From Felis catus (Eukaryota), in contig NC_058368.1 in NCBI RefSeq assembly GCF_018350175.1, positions 150,290,001 through 150,354,000 on the forward strand: a stretch of DNA of 64,000 bases, in the 5' to 3' direction. Below the pieces are notes generated by a model, which did no database searches, was not told the origin of the DNA, and saw only the letters and a list, made by a program, of their open reading frames with translations. The position numbers and the translations under genes are program-made. Positions 63,737 through 64,000 of this stretch are shown in pieces. Position 1 is the stretch's first letter; each line of letters begins with the position of its first letter.

Positions 63737-64000
63737 TGAGAGCTTGGAAACTAAAGGGATGGTTATACATCGTAAAGAGCGGCATGAACAAGGACATCTG
63801 GCTGAGGGCAGCATACAACAAAGAGGCCACTGTAGACTCCTCAGAATTATTTTCTAGAGAACAAATACAGAGTCTATACCTATTTTCCCCTTGACAATCT
63901 TCACATTCCTTCCATTCACCAGCTGCAAATTTAGGGATGGTTTTGAAAACTGCCTCAAAGCAGTCTTAAAATTAGATGTATCTGATTGGTTCTTTGGAGT

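Overview
This is a 64 kb AT-rich, repeat-dense mammalian window, almost certainly from a felid, judged by the SINEC_Fc-type CAN-SINEs and the feline-type L1 3' ends. I recognised no host protein-coding gene or RNA gene, so it reads as intergenic or deep intronic DNA. It is dominated by a ~13 kb nested LINE-1 complex (about 39.7-53.0 kb). The backbone is a decayed, near full-length carnivore L1 (5'UTR, dead ORF1, dead ORF2, 3'UTR). That backbone hosts three kinds of insert. (i) A young 5'-truncated feline L1 with an uninterrupted 1123-aa ORF2, whose target-site duplication (TSD) starts 2 nt after the old ORF1 stop codon and whose ORF is in frame with it. (ii) A ~1.47 kb TSD-flanked insert made of unique sequence plus a decayed L1MB-like fragment that looks older than its host. 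(iii) Seven SINEs, including a SINE inside a SINE and a same-site re-insertion. The rest of the window has 16 more CAN-SINEs, further L1 fragments, ancient MIR/L2/MLT1/LTR16/MER elements and microsatellites. Repeat family names come from my recall of consensus sequences, not from a database search, and boundaries of old repeats are approximate. The short ORFs in the track are repeat-derived or appear to be chance.
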